Shown one piece after another: positions 32,275-43,000 of a stretch of 64,000 bases of DNA. The notes below the pieces were generated by a model. The model searched no databases, was not told where the DNA came from, and saw only the letters and a list, made by a program, of their open reading frames with translations. Made by a program: the position numbers and the translations under genes. Position 1 is the first letter of the stretch. The number at the start of each line of letters is the position of its first letter. Source of the stretch: a virus; the IMG/VR virus record IMGVR_UViG_3300032249_000861, positions 46,026 through 110,025 of that record. One strand, given 5' to 3'.

Positions 32275-35200
32275 ATGCTAGATATTATAGGACTAAATAC
32301 TGCCAACTATAAAAATTGTGTAGAGTGGAGATATTTACCTGGAGACTTAACAACCGTTGGCTATAATGGTGGTCCTAGTTCATATTATACTTATGATCAG
32401 TCTGGTAATGTATGGGAATGGACAGATAGTTTAGATACTATTACATACAATAATACTGATTATTATTATCGAAAAATCCGTGGCGGGTCTTTTAAAGAGA
32501 GTGCTCAAAAATTAAGTTCATTATATAATCATAGTAGATATGTTAGTGATCAACCAGATTCTGATAATGGTCTGGTTCTGAAAGATGATGTAGGCTTTAG
32601 GGTTGTATCAAGAACTAATCCCTTGTCTCTTTCTTATTTTGTAACTGTTTCTGATCCTGGTAATCAGCCTTTAGTTTTAACCGAAGACTATGCTGGATCA
32701 TATGGTTCTGTTGATTATGAATATGCAATTAGTCAATTAGAAATTACTAATGATGATTATGTGATGTTTTTAAATGCTGTTGACCCAAATGGCTCTAGAA
32801 CCCAATTGTCTCCAACATCTAATACTTATGGTCAGCCAACAGCCAACAATCAGAATATTCTATATCATTTTTATATGTCGTCTGATCCTAGAGGTGGGAT
32901 TGACTTTAATCCTGGAGAAGCTGTAGGTAGAAAATATTTTTCCAAAAATAATACTGGAAATAAACCCGTTAATTTTATTACATGGTATATGGCAGCTAGT
33001 TATTGTAACTGGCTACACAATAAAGTCTCGGATCCAAATACTACAACCACCAATAGTGGAGCATATAATTTATCTTTGGACGACAACTTAATAGTACGTG
33101 ATCCAAATAGTTATTATAGTTTACCTTCGGATGATGAGTGGTTTAAAGCAGCTTATTATAAGGGAGGGTCCGCCGATGCAGGATACTGGACATATGCAAC
33201 AGGTTCCGATGATGCTCCATCGTGTATTGATATTGATGAAAATGGAATAGGTCCATGGCAAAAATCACAAGATTATGTTAATATATCCTTAAAAAATCTC
33301 AATATTGGACACTCCTATACTGTCTCATTCTCCGTCTCTAAGAACTCTCTATATTCAGTAGAATTAGACAAAAGCGAATATACATTCATAGCTTCTGCTA
33401 TAACAGAAAATGTTTTAATATGTGTTACTAAGTATTTGGTAGTTGATTTTTGTATAGTAACATCAACATTATTTAATAATACAACAAATACTATTGAATC
33501 TGTAGAACCAACAGTCATACAATGTTCTTCAAGAAATGTTTGCAAACTAACTAGAACTCCTACTCCAACAAAAACTGTTACTCCAACACCAGCAGCAAGT
33601 CAGAGTCCTACTCCAACAACAACTCCTACTCCTACGATAACTCCAACAATAACACCAACAATCACAGTTACCTCAACTGCTACTCCAACAGTAACCAGAA
33701 CAGCAACGCAGACCCCGTCTCTTACAGCTTCTGAAACTGCTACTCCGACAGCCACAAGAACATCCACTCCAACACCCACGCCTACAATTACTGTAACAAG
33801 AACAGTTACCCCGTCTATTACTGCCACAGCTTCATTAACTCCAACTATAACAGTAACAAGAAGCGAAACACCTACTCCAACAGTAACCAAAACAACAACA
33901 CCAACACCAGCAGCTAGTCAAACACCAACGCCAACCGTTACTCCAACAATAACAGCATCTAGAACGCCAACCGCTACAGTTACTCCAACAATCACCATTA
34001 CTCCTAGTATTACTATAACCAGAAGCTCAACTCCAACGCCAACAGTTACTCGAACAAGTACTGCTACTCCTACGGTAACACCATCGGTAACGACCTCATT
34101 AACTCCGACTATAACAGTAACTAGCACAAATACAAGAACACCAACACCAACAAGAACAACAACACCAACAGTTACTCCAACATTGACCCCTACTCCATCA
34201 AGACCTTTTGCTTTTGTCAGCACATGGAATACATTAAGTACTAGCACTGGTAGTAGTGGGTCTAATCAAATTAGACTACCATTAATATTAGGAGGAACTT
34301 ATAATTTTACTGTTAATTGGGGAGATGGAACTAGTAATAATATAACTTCTTGGAACCAAACCGAGACAACTCATACATATACTAGTACTGGTAGTAAAAC
34401 TATAACTATTACTGGAACTATCAAAGGATGGGAATTTAATAATAGTGGAGATAGATTAAAGATTACTAATATTAGTAATTGGGGTCCGGTAGATCTGCAT
34501 GTGGCTGGCAGTTCCAGAAACTTTAGTGGTTGTGCTAATTTAAATATTACTACTGGAGGATCTCCAGGTATGCCAGTTCTTTGTACTGGCATGTTTGAGG
34601 GTTGTAGTGCTCTTGTTGGAGTTGGTATTAACGATTTTAATATGGCGAATGTAATCAATACTTCATATATGTTCTCTTCTTGTCCATTCTTTAACGCTCC
34701 AATTAATAATTGGAATACTAGTAACATAACCAATATGAGTGGCATGTTCTTTGGAGCTACTAGCTTTAATCAGCAAATAGGAACTTGGAATACTAGTAAG
34801 GTTACTAATATGAGCAGCATGTTTAATGGGGCTGCAAGTTTTAATCAGCCATTAAATACTTGGAATACTTCAGCAGTTACTAATATGAGTAGTATGTTTG
34901 CCAATACGGGCCAGTATAATCAAAGCATGAGTAGTTGGGACACCAGTAAGGTTACTAATATGAGTAGCATGTTTTTAAACGCTCTTGCTATGGACCAGGA
35001 CATTAGCATGTGGAATATATCTTTGGTAACGTCTATGGATGTAATCTTAAGAGGTGCAGTTAAGTTTAGTCAAACCAATTACCATGCTTTACTTAATTCT
35101 TGGGGTAATGGTACTACACCTACTCAAAATAACATTAATTTTACTGTTGATCAAGAATATTCCTCAACAAATGCTACAATAGTAAGCAGAAGACTATATT

Positions 35201-36060
35201 TAATAAATAATAGGGGTTGGAATATTATTGATCATGGTAATGAAACTAGTATGATATTAAAATATAATAATACTAACGATAGTAGATATAATGTTAATAG
35301 TGGTTGGTATAGCACTAATGAATTCTTTACTATACTTAGGCCAACAGCAAACGATACCATAGTAGAAGTTAACTGGGGAAATGGACAAAATTTTGTATAT
35401 AATATAGGCAACAACGTATTAGCAGGAGTCTATGCTCCTGCTTATTCTACAAATACTACATATACTATTAGAATAACAAAAAGAAGTGGGTCTGGAAATA
35501 TTCGACTGTCTCCTTTTCAATTTTATAATTATGGCGCTAGTTACGGTAACCCACAGTATTATACTCCATTTCAAAATAGCGTAACTTCCATAGATAGATT
35601 TGGAAGTAACATCATCCTTAGCGATAACGGAAGTCATTTTGCTTATTATTACAATCTTGTTTCGGTGTCAAATATAGATGCGCCAATCAATCCACCAGAC
35701 AATTCCTATCGTAATATCTTTCTTGGTTGTTCAAAGTTTGTTGGAACTGGTTTGAACAATTGGAATACTAGCTCTATAACTGATATGTATGCTGCATTTC
35801 AGAATAATACTAGTTTCACTTTTGATTTGAGAAACTGGAATTTATCTAATGTTGCAAATATGGATTATATGCTAACTGGCGCTAATAATTTTGGTACGAC
35901 AAACTATAGTAATCTGTTAATATATTTAAATGATAATAATATTAAAAGTAATGTTCCTTTAAGAAGTAGTTCTAGATATTTTAACCAAGCCAGCGTAATT
36001 TCTGCTAGAGCTAGTTTAGTATCAAGAGGATGGACTATTATAGATAGCGGAGCAATATAA
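32275..36060 (+). CDS. Putative receptor-binding/adhesin protein: permuted FGE-type lectin + Thr/Pro stalk + PKD-like + DUF285/BspA-like repeats
   Basis: Start reassigned to ATG 32275 (GAGGA at 32263-32267). YDQSGNVWEW/RGGSF/VGFRVV precede FVTVSDPGN/LEITN/NWLHN/LPSDDEWFKAAYY. TPT stalk 33548-34200, YNFTVNWGDG, WNTSxVTNMSSMF repeats. Confidence 0.75.
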   Translation: MLDIIGLNTANYKNCVEWRYLPGDLTTVGYNGGPSSYYTYDQSGNVWEWTDSLDTITYNNTDYYYRKIRGGSFKESAQKLSSLYNHSRYVSDQPDSDNGLVLKDDVGFRVVSRTNPLSLSYFVTVSDPGNQPLVLTEDYAGSYGSVDYEYAISQLEITNDDYVMFLNAVDPNGSRTQLSPTSNTYGQPTANNQNILYHFYMSSDPRGGIDFNPGEAVGRKYFSKNNTGNKPVNFITWYMAASYCNWLHNKVSDPNTTTTNSGAYNLSLDDNLIVRDPNSYYSLPSDDEWFKAAYYKGGSADAGYWTYATGSDDAPSCIDIDENGIGPWQKSQDYVNISLKNLNIGHSYTVSFSVSKNSLYSVELDKSEYTFIASAITENVLICVTKYLVVDFCIVTSTLFNNTTNTIESVEPTVIQCSSRNVCKLTRTPTPTKTVTPTPAASQSPTPTTTPTPTITPTITPTITVTSTATPTVTRTATQTPSLTASETATPTATRTSTPTPTPTITVTRTVTPSITATASLTPTITVTRSETPTPTVTKTTTPTPAASQTPTPTVTPTITASRTPTATVTPTITITPSITITRSSTPTPTVTRTSTATPTVTPSVTTSLTPTITVTSTNTRTPTPTRTTTPTVTPTLTPTPSRPFAFVSTWNTLSTSTGSSGSNQIRLPLILGGTYNFTVNWGDGTSNNITSWNQTETTHTYTSTGSKTITITGTIKGWEFNNSGDRLKITNISNWGPVDLHVAGSSRNFSGCANLNITTGGSPGMPVLCTGMFEGCSALVGVGINDFNMANVINTSYMFSSCPFFNAPINNWNTSNITNMSGMFFGATSFNQQIGTWNTSKVTNMSSMFNGAASFNQPLNTWNTSAVTNMSSMFANTGQYNQSMSSWDTSKVTNMSSMFLNALAMDQDISMWNISLVTSMDVILRGAVKFSQTNYHALLNSWGNGTTPTQNNINFTVDQEYSSTNATIVSRRLYLINNRGWNIIDHGNETSMILKYNNTNDSRYNVNSGWYSTNEFFTILRPTANDTIVEVNWGNGQNFVYNIGNNVLAGVYAPAYSTNTTYTIRITKRSGSGNIRLSPFQFYNYGASYGNPQYYTPFQNSVTSIDRFGSNIILSDNGSHFAYYYNLVSVSNIDAPINPPDNSYRNIFLGCSKFVGTGLNNWNTSSITDMYAAFQNNTSFTFDLRNWNLSNVANMDYMLTGANNFGTTNYSNLLIYLNDNNIKSNVPLRSSSRYFNQASVISARASLVSRGWTIIDSGAI
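33548..34200 (+). repeat. Thr/Pro-rich low-complexity (TPTxT) coding repeat, ~215 aa mucin-like stalk
   Basis: Degenerate actccaaca-type repeats encoding TPTPTKTVTPTPAASQSPTPT... Confidence 0.95.
34630..35050 (+). repeat. 75-nt (25-aa) tandem DUF285/BspA-like repeats
   Basis: tggaatactagt...aatatgag units at 34711, 34786, 34861, 34936 encoding WNTSxVTNMSSMF..A.SFNQ. Further copies at ~35740-35880. Confidence 0.9.
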
Positions 36061-36506
36061 TGAAACTAATTAATAATACTAATAAACACATATACTATTA
36101 TATCTCACAAGACCAAAGTTATGGATTCTTGAATTTTGGACAACAACTAGAAACAAACAGAAATGTTGTTTCTTTTTTATCGGCTGAAGAATGGAAAAAT
36201 CATATTAATACTACACTAGGAACAGACACTTGGCTGAACGAAAATTTAAAAAAGGAACTAGAAGAGCAAAGTAAAGATACAGCAAAACATAGCGATGTTG
36301 GATATTTAACAGCTTACAACTTTAGACTACCAGTAAATGAAGAAACCGATTCTAAGCTTAATCAACTATTATCGTCCAACACAGATCCTGTGAGAATAAC
36401 TGCTATGTCGGGTGACGTTTATACTTTAAGCAAAGATAATCTAGTATCTTTAATTGATCAATATACAAAAGACAAACCCTTATATCTAGCTATGGTAGAG
36501 AAATAA
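36060..36506 (+). CDS. Hypothetical protein, possibly tail-fibre assembly/chaperone-like
   Basis: 148 aa, TAATG overlap with the upstream fibre gene. The C-terminal GYLT...VRITAMSGDVYTLSKDNLVSLIDQY loosely resembles DUF4376-type fibre accessory proteins. Confidence 0.45.
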   Translation: MKLINNTNKHIYYYISQDQSYGFLNFGQQLETNRNVVSFLSAEEWKNHINTTLGTDTWLNENLKKELEEQSKDTAKHSDVGYLTAYNFRLPVNEETDSKLNQLLSSNTDPVRITAMSGDVYTLSKDNLVSLIDQYTKDKPLYLAMVEK

Positions 36507-36507
36507 T

Positions 36508-38010
36508 ATGTTATTAACTTGCAATAGTGCTAATTACGGAAGCAGAGCAGACTGGAATACGTTAGATGGTAATGTATCAACAGTTGGTTCTAATGGCAAA
36601 AGTAGTTACTATGGCACTTTTGATCAAACGGGAAATGTTAATGAGCTATTAGACACTATTAGCGGTAGTTATCCTATGATTCGCGGAGGTTCTTTTAATA
36701 ATGAACAGACATATCTAACCAAAACATATTTTGGTACGCAAGCAGTAGACGGTAAGACTAGTAATATCGGATTTAGGGTGGCTAAAGCATCTTCAAGCAT
36801 AGATGCTACTAATTATGTTTTAGTTGAAAATAAAGATAACGGTGGAGATGGTGGTGGTGTTTTTAGTCCTGGTAGAGTCAATTATGACTATCAAATAAAA
36901 AAATATTTAGTAACTAATAATGAGTATGTAGAATTTTTAAATGCAGTCTCTACTAAGCCTAATACTCTTGGATTATGGGATATTAATATGACCGACCCTG
37001 TAAATCCTCCAGCCGGATGGATAAGAACAAGAGGTGGTATAAATCGTGCTCTGATTAGCGGATCATATGTCTACACTGTTTCTCCAAACATGGGTAACAA
37101 ACCCGTAAATTATATCAACTGGTTTTCTGCTGTTAGATATATTAATTGGTTGCATAATGGTAAACCAACTGGCGCTCCAGCAGCTAGTACTACAGAGGAT
37201 GGAGTCTATACGTTACCCGGTTCTGTTATTCAAGGGACCAGCAAACCATCACCGAATAATAAAAATTCATACTGGCTTCCTTCGGAGGACGAATGGTATA
37301 AAGCCGCATACTACGATCCTAATAAAAACGGACTTGGTTTACCAGGATACTGGACTTATGCAACAATGTCTGATTCTATTCCTGATGCTGTTGTTGTTGA
37401 TGCGACAGGAACAGCAAATAATACACATAGTAATCCTAATATTTGTATTAGTCCCACACCAACTCCAACAGTTACTCCATCTATTACGGTGTCTCCAACA
37501 GTGACTCCTAGTATAACAGTGTCAGTATCTGCAACACTTACAGCCACTCCTACAACAACACCAACAATTACTATTACATCTAGTGCTACTCCTACTAAAA
37601 CACCGACTAAAACTCCAACCATGACTCGTAGCTTAACTCCGACTCCAAGCTTAACCGCTAGTGTTAGTCCTAGTGTTACTGTCTCAATATCTCCAACAAA
37701 AACCCCAACAATGACCAAAACACTAACTCCAACAGTTACTCCTACTGCTAGCGTAACTGTCACTCCTTCAAAGAGTTTGTGTGCGCAGAAGAAATTAGGA
37801 GAATTATTGTATCAGAGTTCTGTTTATGTAAATGACGATATTAAGATACTGCATAAAGGATTTTTATTACAGGGTAAATTATTGCCTAATATAAGTGTTT
37901 TATACGAAGTTCCAGAACCACCCTCAACAACCAGCACAACACCAAATCCAACAAGAACGCCCACACAGACTCCAAGTTTGTCGCCGTCGCCTACGCCTAC
38001 TGGTACTTAG
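36508..38010 (+). CDS. Putative receptor-binding protein: permuted FGE-type lectin domain + Thr/Pro stalk
   Basis: 500 aa. SANY...TVGSNGKSSYYGTFDQTGNVNE, RGGSF, IGFRVAK, then YQIKKYLVTNNEYVEFLNAV, PVNYINWFSAVRYINWLHNG, WLPSEDEWYKAAYY. PT tracts 37450-37770 and 37920-38007. Confidence 0.75.
   Translation: MLLTCNSANYGSRADWNTLDGNVSTVGSNGKSSYYGTFDQTGNVNELLDTISGSYPMIRGGSFNNEQTYLTKTYFGTQAVDGKTSNIGFRVAKASSSIDATNYVLVENKDNGGDGGGVFSPGRVNYDYQIKKYLVTNNEYVEFLNAVSTKPNTLGLWDINMTDPVNPPAGWIRTRGGINRALISGSYVYTVSPNMGNKPVNYINWFSAVRYINWLHNGKPTGAPAASTTEDGVYTLPGSVIQGTSKPSPNNKNSYWLPSEDEWYKAAYYDPNKNGLGLPGYWTYATMSDSIPDAVVVDATGTANNTHSNPNICISPTPTPTVTPSITVSPTVTPSITVSVSATLTATPTTTPTITITSSATPTKTPTKTPTMTRSLTPTPSLTASVSPSVTVSISPTKTPTMTKTLTPTVTPTASVTVTPSKSLCAQKKLGELLYQSSVYVNDDIKILHKGFLLQGKLLPNISVLYEVPEPPSTTSTTPNPTRTPTQTPSLSPSPTPTGT
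37450..37770 (+). repeat. Thr/Pro/Ser-rich low-complexity coding repeat
   Basis: SPTPTPTVTPSITVSPTVTPS... Confidence 0.9.
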
Positions 38011-38034
38011 TTAAATAAAAGGACTTAGGACTTT

Positions 38035-40041
38035 ATGGTATATTCCCAAGATTTTTTAGATTCAACATTAGATAATATTAATAATATAACAGCTATGACA
38101 GCAGGATCAAGTAGTCCTGTTGTACAAGTTCTATTTAAAGGGAGTGGTGTTCATAGTGTTGGTGGACCAACTCCATTTGTTGAATTATCAACGTCTGTTG
38201 AAAGTAATTCTGTTGGTATTCCAGAATCTACTACTACTAAAATTACATTAACTGGTAAAATTGTTAGACCCCAAGCTGCTAATGCTACTGGTAGCGGTAT
38301 TAGCCATGTATTGAGTGGCATAAAACAATTAAATGATTTATTTAAGCCAGAGGAGTTTGGCGAGTTTAAAATACAGTGTAGCTCTAATGATATTTATAGT
38401 GTTACTGGAGTTAAAGTTGTTAGTGTAGATATTAGTAAAACTAGTGATAATTGGGTACAAACGGCCGATTATATAGTAGTGTTGGAAGGATATAAAAGTG
38501 CAATATCAGGATATTCTGTTAAAGGACTAGTTGATTCATGGAGCATAGAGTCTTTGGAAGATTATACATATAGTAGTTTTACAATTAATAATATTACTCA
38601 AAAACAAGAACATCATAATCCTAATTTAAAACCTACAGCACCATCAGTCGGTAATCCACAACCAGGAGGAACACAGTCCGGAGGTGGTGGAGGTATGAGT
38701 CCAAATGTTAATACTGCTACTCTAAATGTAGTGTCTATTCCACAATTTAAAGTTAGTCATACTGTTAGTGCTATCGGAGTGCCTAGTGGTACTGGAGGTA
38801 CTCTCTCTAATACTGGCTTAATGAATTCTATTTACCTAAATGCTAAAGCTTGGGTAGATTATAGATTAAATTATAGCATAACAGCATCTTCAACATCTAC
38901 TCCATCTGGCCTAATTTTTCTTAATAACCCAGGACAGACTCCTCCTTATCATTTAGCCACAGGATATTTGTATAATCATATTCGTAATACAAATTTTAGT
39001 ATGACAGAAGGTAAATACGAGGTAGTAGATAATTGGATAGCTATGCCAACAGGTATTGGTTTTATAGAAGACTATAATATAGATATGTCTACTGATGAAA
39101 AGTATATTCATACCGTAAGCGTTAAAGGAGAAATTAGAGGATTATCTTTGGGAGGTGAGTTCGGCTCTGCTCACACTCATGTTACAGGAACTAATATGAG
39201 TAGTTTAAATGCCCCTCCTTCATTAACAGGATATGGAGGAACCACAGGAGGAACACTCAACCATGATGTTCCAGATGTAACTTCGTCAGTGAGTGCGGCA
39301 ACAACTATAACAACAAATAAATATCAAAACGCACTAAGTGGATGGATATATGATATTAAACCATATTTATATCGTAGAGCTTGTGTATCTATGAGTACAG
39401 CAGATAGAACGGTCGGATATGTTGCTCCATACGCTGATAATGGCCCACAATCTCCTCCAAATAATCCCGTATATGCTATGCATAGTTTATTAAATATTAT
39501 TCCAGTATCCACTTCAGAATCTCATAATACTCGTAAGGGCGTTATTTCTTATTCTTATGATTTTAATAATAAGTTTACAATGATTACAGGAGTAATTGCA
39601 GAAAACGTAAGCATAGAAGATACCGGTCCAGTTGATGTTATAGGAGAAGCATTCGTATTGGGTCGCGCTCTTGGTCCAGTTTTACAAAATCTTGGAACAA
39701 AAACCACAGCTAAAAAGAGTGTATCTATAGAAGTTACTGTTGTTCCACCATCTAGTTTAGCCGGATTCTTCATGCAGAATAGTGTTTGTCCATTATGGAC
39801 AGGAGGAACAATATTTACTACTATTACAGGTATACTTGAGGCTTTAAAACCATTCGGAGATAGAGCATCATCATTTATTGGGGCCTCTCCTGTGACTCGT
39901 GGAAATGCAACTAATGATACTGGACAAGTGTTTGTTGCTCAAGACAACCAAAGTTGGGATCCTACTAATGGAAAATATGTTCGCTCTGTTGCTTGGAATT
40001 ATCAACAATGTACAAATTCTAGGAACTGGTTAAATCACTAA
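38035..40041 (+). CDS. Putative tail-tip / distal-tail structural protein
   Basis: 668 aa, beta-rich, SD AGGA upstream. It precedes two very large tail genes and shows an internal echo of 'EDY...HTVS'. Function is inferred from position only. Confidence 0.45.
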   Translation: MVYSQDFLDSTLDNINNITAMTAGSSSPVVQVLFKGSGVHSVGGPTPFVELSTSVESNSVGIPESTTTKITLTGKIVRPQAANATGSGISHVLSGIKQLNDLFKPEEFGEFKIQCSSNDIYSVTGVKVVSVDISKTSDNWVQTADYIVVLEGYKSAISGYSVKGLVDSWSIESLEDYTYSSFTINNITQKQEHHNPNLKPTAPSVGNPQPGGTQSGGGGGMSPNVNTATLNVVSIPQFKVSHTVSAIGVPSGTGGTLSNTGLMNSIYLNAKAWVDYRLNYSITASSTSTPSGLIFLNNPGQTPPYHLATGYLYNHIRNTNFSMTEGKYEVVDNWIAMPTGIGFIEDYNIDMSTDEKYIHTVSVKGEIRGLSLGGEFGSAHTHVTGTNMSSLNAPPSLTGYGGTTGGTLNHDVPDVTSSVSAATTITTNKYQNALSGWIYDIKPYLYRRACVSMSTADRTVGYVAPYADNGPQSPPNNPVYAMHSLLNIIPVSTSESHNTRKGVISYSYDFNNKFTMITGVIAENVSIEDTGPVDVIGEAFVLGRALGPVLQNLGTKTTAKKSVSIEVTVVPPSSLAGFFMQNSVCPLWTGGTIFTTITGILEALKPFGDRASSFIGASPVTRGNATNDTGQVFVAQDNQSWDPTNGKYVRSVAWNYQQCTNSRNWLNH

Positions 40042-40043
40042 TT

Positions 40044-43000
40044 ATGCCAACAAGACCGTGTAGTTCTGAACCTAAACAGATTGCTCAAACACTATTTTTA
40101 GGAGCTAGCGTAGCTAGTTATAGCACTAATGCTGGTTGGGGTAGTCAACCATCTCAAATTACTGTTAATCTTATAGAAGATGAAGTTGCACCAAAATGTT
40201 TGCCAAGCACCAATGGTACTCCTACTGGACAAACATACAATCAGTTTGCTGCTTCTAGTCATGGTAGTGAAGATGATCATTATACTACTTGTGAAGGAAT
40301 TGGTTGCTATGTTGATAAATATAGTGGAGAAGCTGCCAGCAATACCACTCCTGTTGAAAATCGTATTCTCCCAGGAAAAGTTTATTATTTTTTAGATACC
40401 GATGGAGGCTTAAAGTCTCGTTATTGGAAAAAACCAGATCCTGGATTTTTTGGAAATAGCACAAAAATAGATGATAATGGAGCTGATCAAACCGCAGGCA
40501 CTACAACATATAAATATGATATTATTGATACTCCTGTTTATTTTAAAATGGGTAAATTTACTTTTGGAGGTTTTGTACAATCTTGGTCAAGAAATTTAAA
40601 TAGTGGAGGAAAACAATATAGTGTTATAATTAATGGTCCATCAGCTATCTTAAAATCTTGTTATGTTATATTAGATAAATTTGCTGGAGCAATTTTTAGT
40701 AAAGCCACTTTAGGCAATCCGTATTATGGTACTCCTAAAAATTATACCCAAGCTAATGGCAATGTTACTTATGATAATACTGATTTAAACAGGGGAATTT
40801 TGCCTAATGTTTTTAATGTTTATGGTTTTTTAGAATCTTTTGGCACAAATAATTTTGGCGGTTCTGGTAAAAACGAAAATGGAGTTAGTCTTAACTATGT
40901 TTTAGACGCTCTGTCAATATTAACATCAATAGCTCCAGGGACTACTCAAGGATTGTGGGCTACTGGAACAACACTCCCTAGATCAGCATTTTCTCCATTT
41001 GGACGAATAATATCCAAATGTATGGCAAAAGATAAAGCAAATAGTGAGATATATAACACTATAGGAACTGGTTTTTCTTCGTTTGGAATTATTCCACCAC
41101 AAGTAGCAAACATGGGCGCCCCAAACACCGAAGGAGGAAACAGATGTCAATTTGCTTTAGATTTGAACGAACTTATCTACTCAGATCTTGCCAGAACAGT
41201 TAAACGAATGCCCGATGACATTAGAACAACTGGACCAGTAATGAGTATTATGGATCTTATTGATTTGGTTGCTGAAAAAACAGGACAAGACATTTTTATA
41301 GAGATGATTCCTACACTTATTAATGGTGTTGTTACGCACGTTATTAAGGTCAGGACTATTTCTCGTTTAAAGCAACCTATTCCTAATGTTATTGAGAGCA
41401 CTATAAAAAATATGCAATGTAATGGATATCACATATCCTCAAACACTTTTGGAAAAGAAAAAAACGAAACTCCATCAAGAGCAATGATAATTGGTGGACA
41501 ACAGCAAAGGCTATACCAGGTTAAAAGTTATAGATTAGCATATTCTCAGTCTAATTTTATTTATAATCCTAAAACAGGTACTTTTGTTAACTACAGAGTA
41601 TATAATCAACCCAATAGTAGTCCCTCTTCTCTGACCTTATTTAATTCAACCAACCAGTATGGTCACGGAAAGATAAAAACTGCTAATTTTTGTACCACTC
41701 GTAATAAACCATTAACAGACTACATAAATGCCAACAATGGATTTTCTTATCATGATATAGTGAGCGACGAAGATAAAATTGTTGGAACAGCAGCTAGTTT
41801 TACCTCCGGAGATGCCACATGGGCAGACACAAATGAAACAGGTAGCGGACTAGATTGTATTACTGGTAATTATAGTGGCACTATAAAACTAAGACCCAAT
41901 GCTAGTCCAACCCCAGATCAAGACAGATGGATACCATTATATATGGATACTATTTGTCCATTTTTTGGATTTGTTAACGACGACACTGCTACGATTTCTG
42001 TTAACACAGCTAATTCTGACACCAATACTGACAGTAGACGAATTCGTCCCGTTTGGCTAGACTCATGGACTGGACAAATAAACGTTGTAATAAACGTTAA
42101 TGAATTACCAGAATTAAACGTTAATTTAACTAGAGCCAACCTTGTTGGAGGATCTTTTAATCTTCCATATACTGTTGCTCGACCTATTATTGGTCCACAA
42201 CGCGTCTTTAATAATACCGGATCATTAGCGTCTCTACCAAACTCAGAATATTTCTATATTACAGAATCAGAGATACGGGCAGCATTGGCTGGTTTTGATA
42301 ATTTCTTAGTTTATTGTTTATCGAAAACATATAAACCAGATTTAATAGAAATGGTTAGAAGAGCATATTTTCTACAAACAAGAAAGAAATTAACAGACTT
42401 AGGAGTTTCTACTACTGAAGCTGAAGCAATTGCTTTTAAAGAAACAGACTGGTATTGGAAATTAATGGGAGGTAATATAGGCGGAGACTCGTTATATCCA
42501 GTACCAATTAGTCCAGACAAAACTGACGGAAGTCAGTATATCCAGGAAAAAGCATTACAAGACTTGAAACTATTACATAAGTTTGTAAGCGGAGTTGGTA
42601 AACACTATGGTAAAAAATATATGGTTACAGCATGGAATTTACAGGCTTATAAAGACGAAAGTTTATTCGGTGCTGCTTTTAGTACAACACAGGGATATGG
42701 ATATGTTTTTTCTGGAGATGGTAAGTTAACATATAACTATACTCCAACAAATGATGGAGCTTGGGAAGAATATGGTAATATTATTGATGATAGTATTGTT
42801 GTTGGAAGTCCTGAGTGGTATTCTATAACAGATGAACAAGGTAAGATCAAGCCTATACTAGGATATAATAATAACTACAATTTTGACCATGTCAGATATG
42901 CAAAATGCATGGTTGCTAATAATACTAATTTTTCCAACACTAGTAACGAGTGGAATCAATCAAAAGCTAATCCATATTTTAGTTTTAATACTTGGTTAAC

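Noticed and set aside
34700-35000. CRISPR-like array (regular 75-nt period)
   Set aside because: The repeats are degenerate, in frame and encode 25-aa DUF285-like units. There are no unique spacers or cas genes.
21170-37400. Diversity-generating retroelement targeting the FGE/CLec domains
   Set aside because: No reverse transcriptase and no near-identical TR/VR pair differing only at adenines was seen in the window. The three domains are diverged at all positions. A DGR elsewhere in the genome is not excluded.
32275-37400. True formylglycine-generating enzyme activity
   Set aside because: The catalytic Cys pair that follows RGGS in real FGE is absent, and the context is structural.
33600-37763. 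Val/Gly-rich minus-strand ORFs (33600-33890, 33918-34247, 37356-37763) that look like membrane proteins
   Set aside because: They are antisense shadows of the Thr/Pro repeats.
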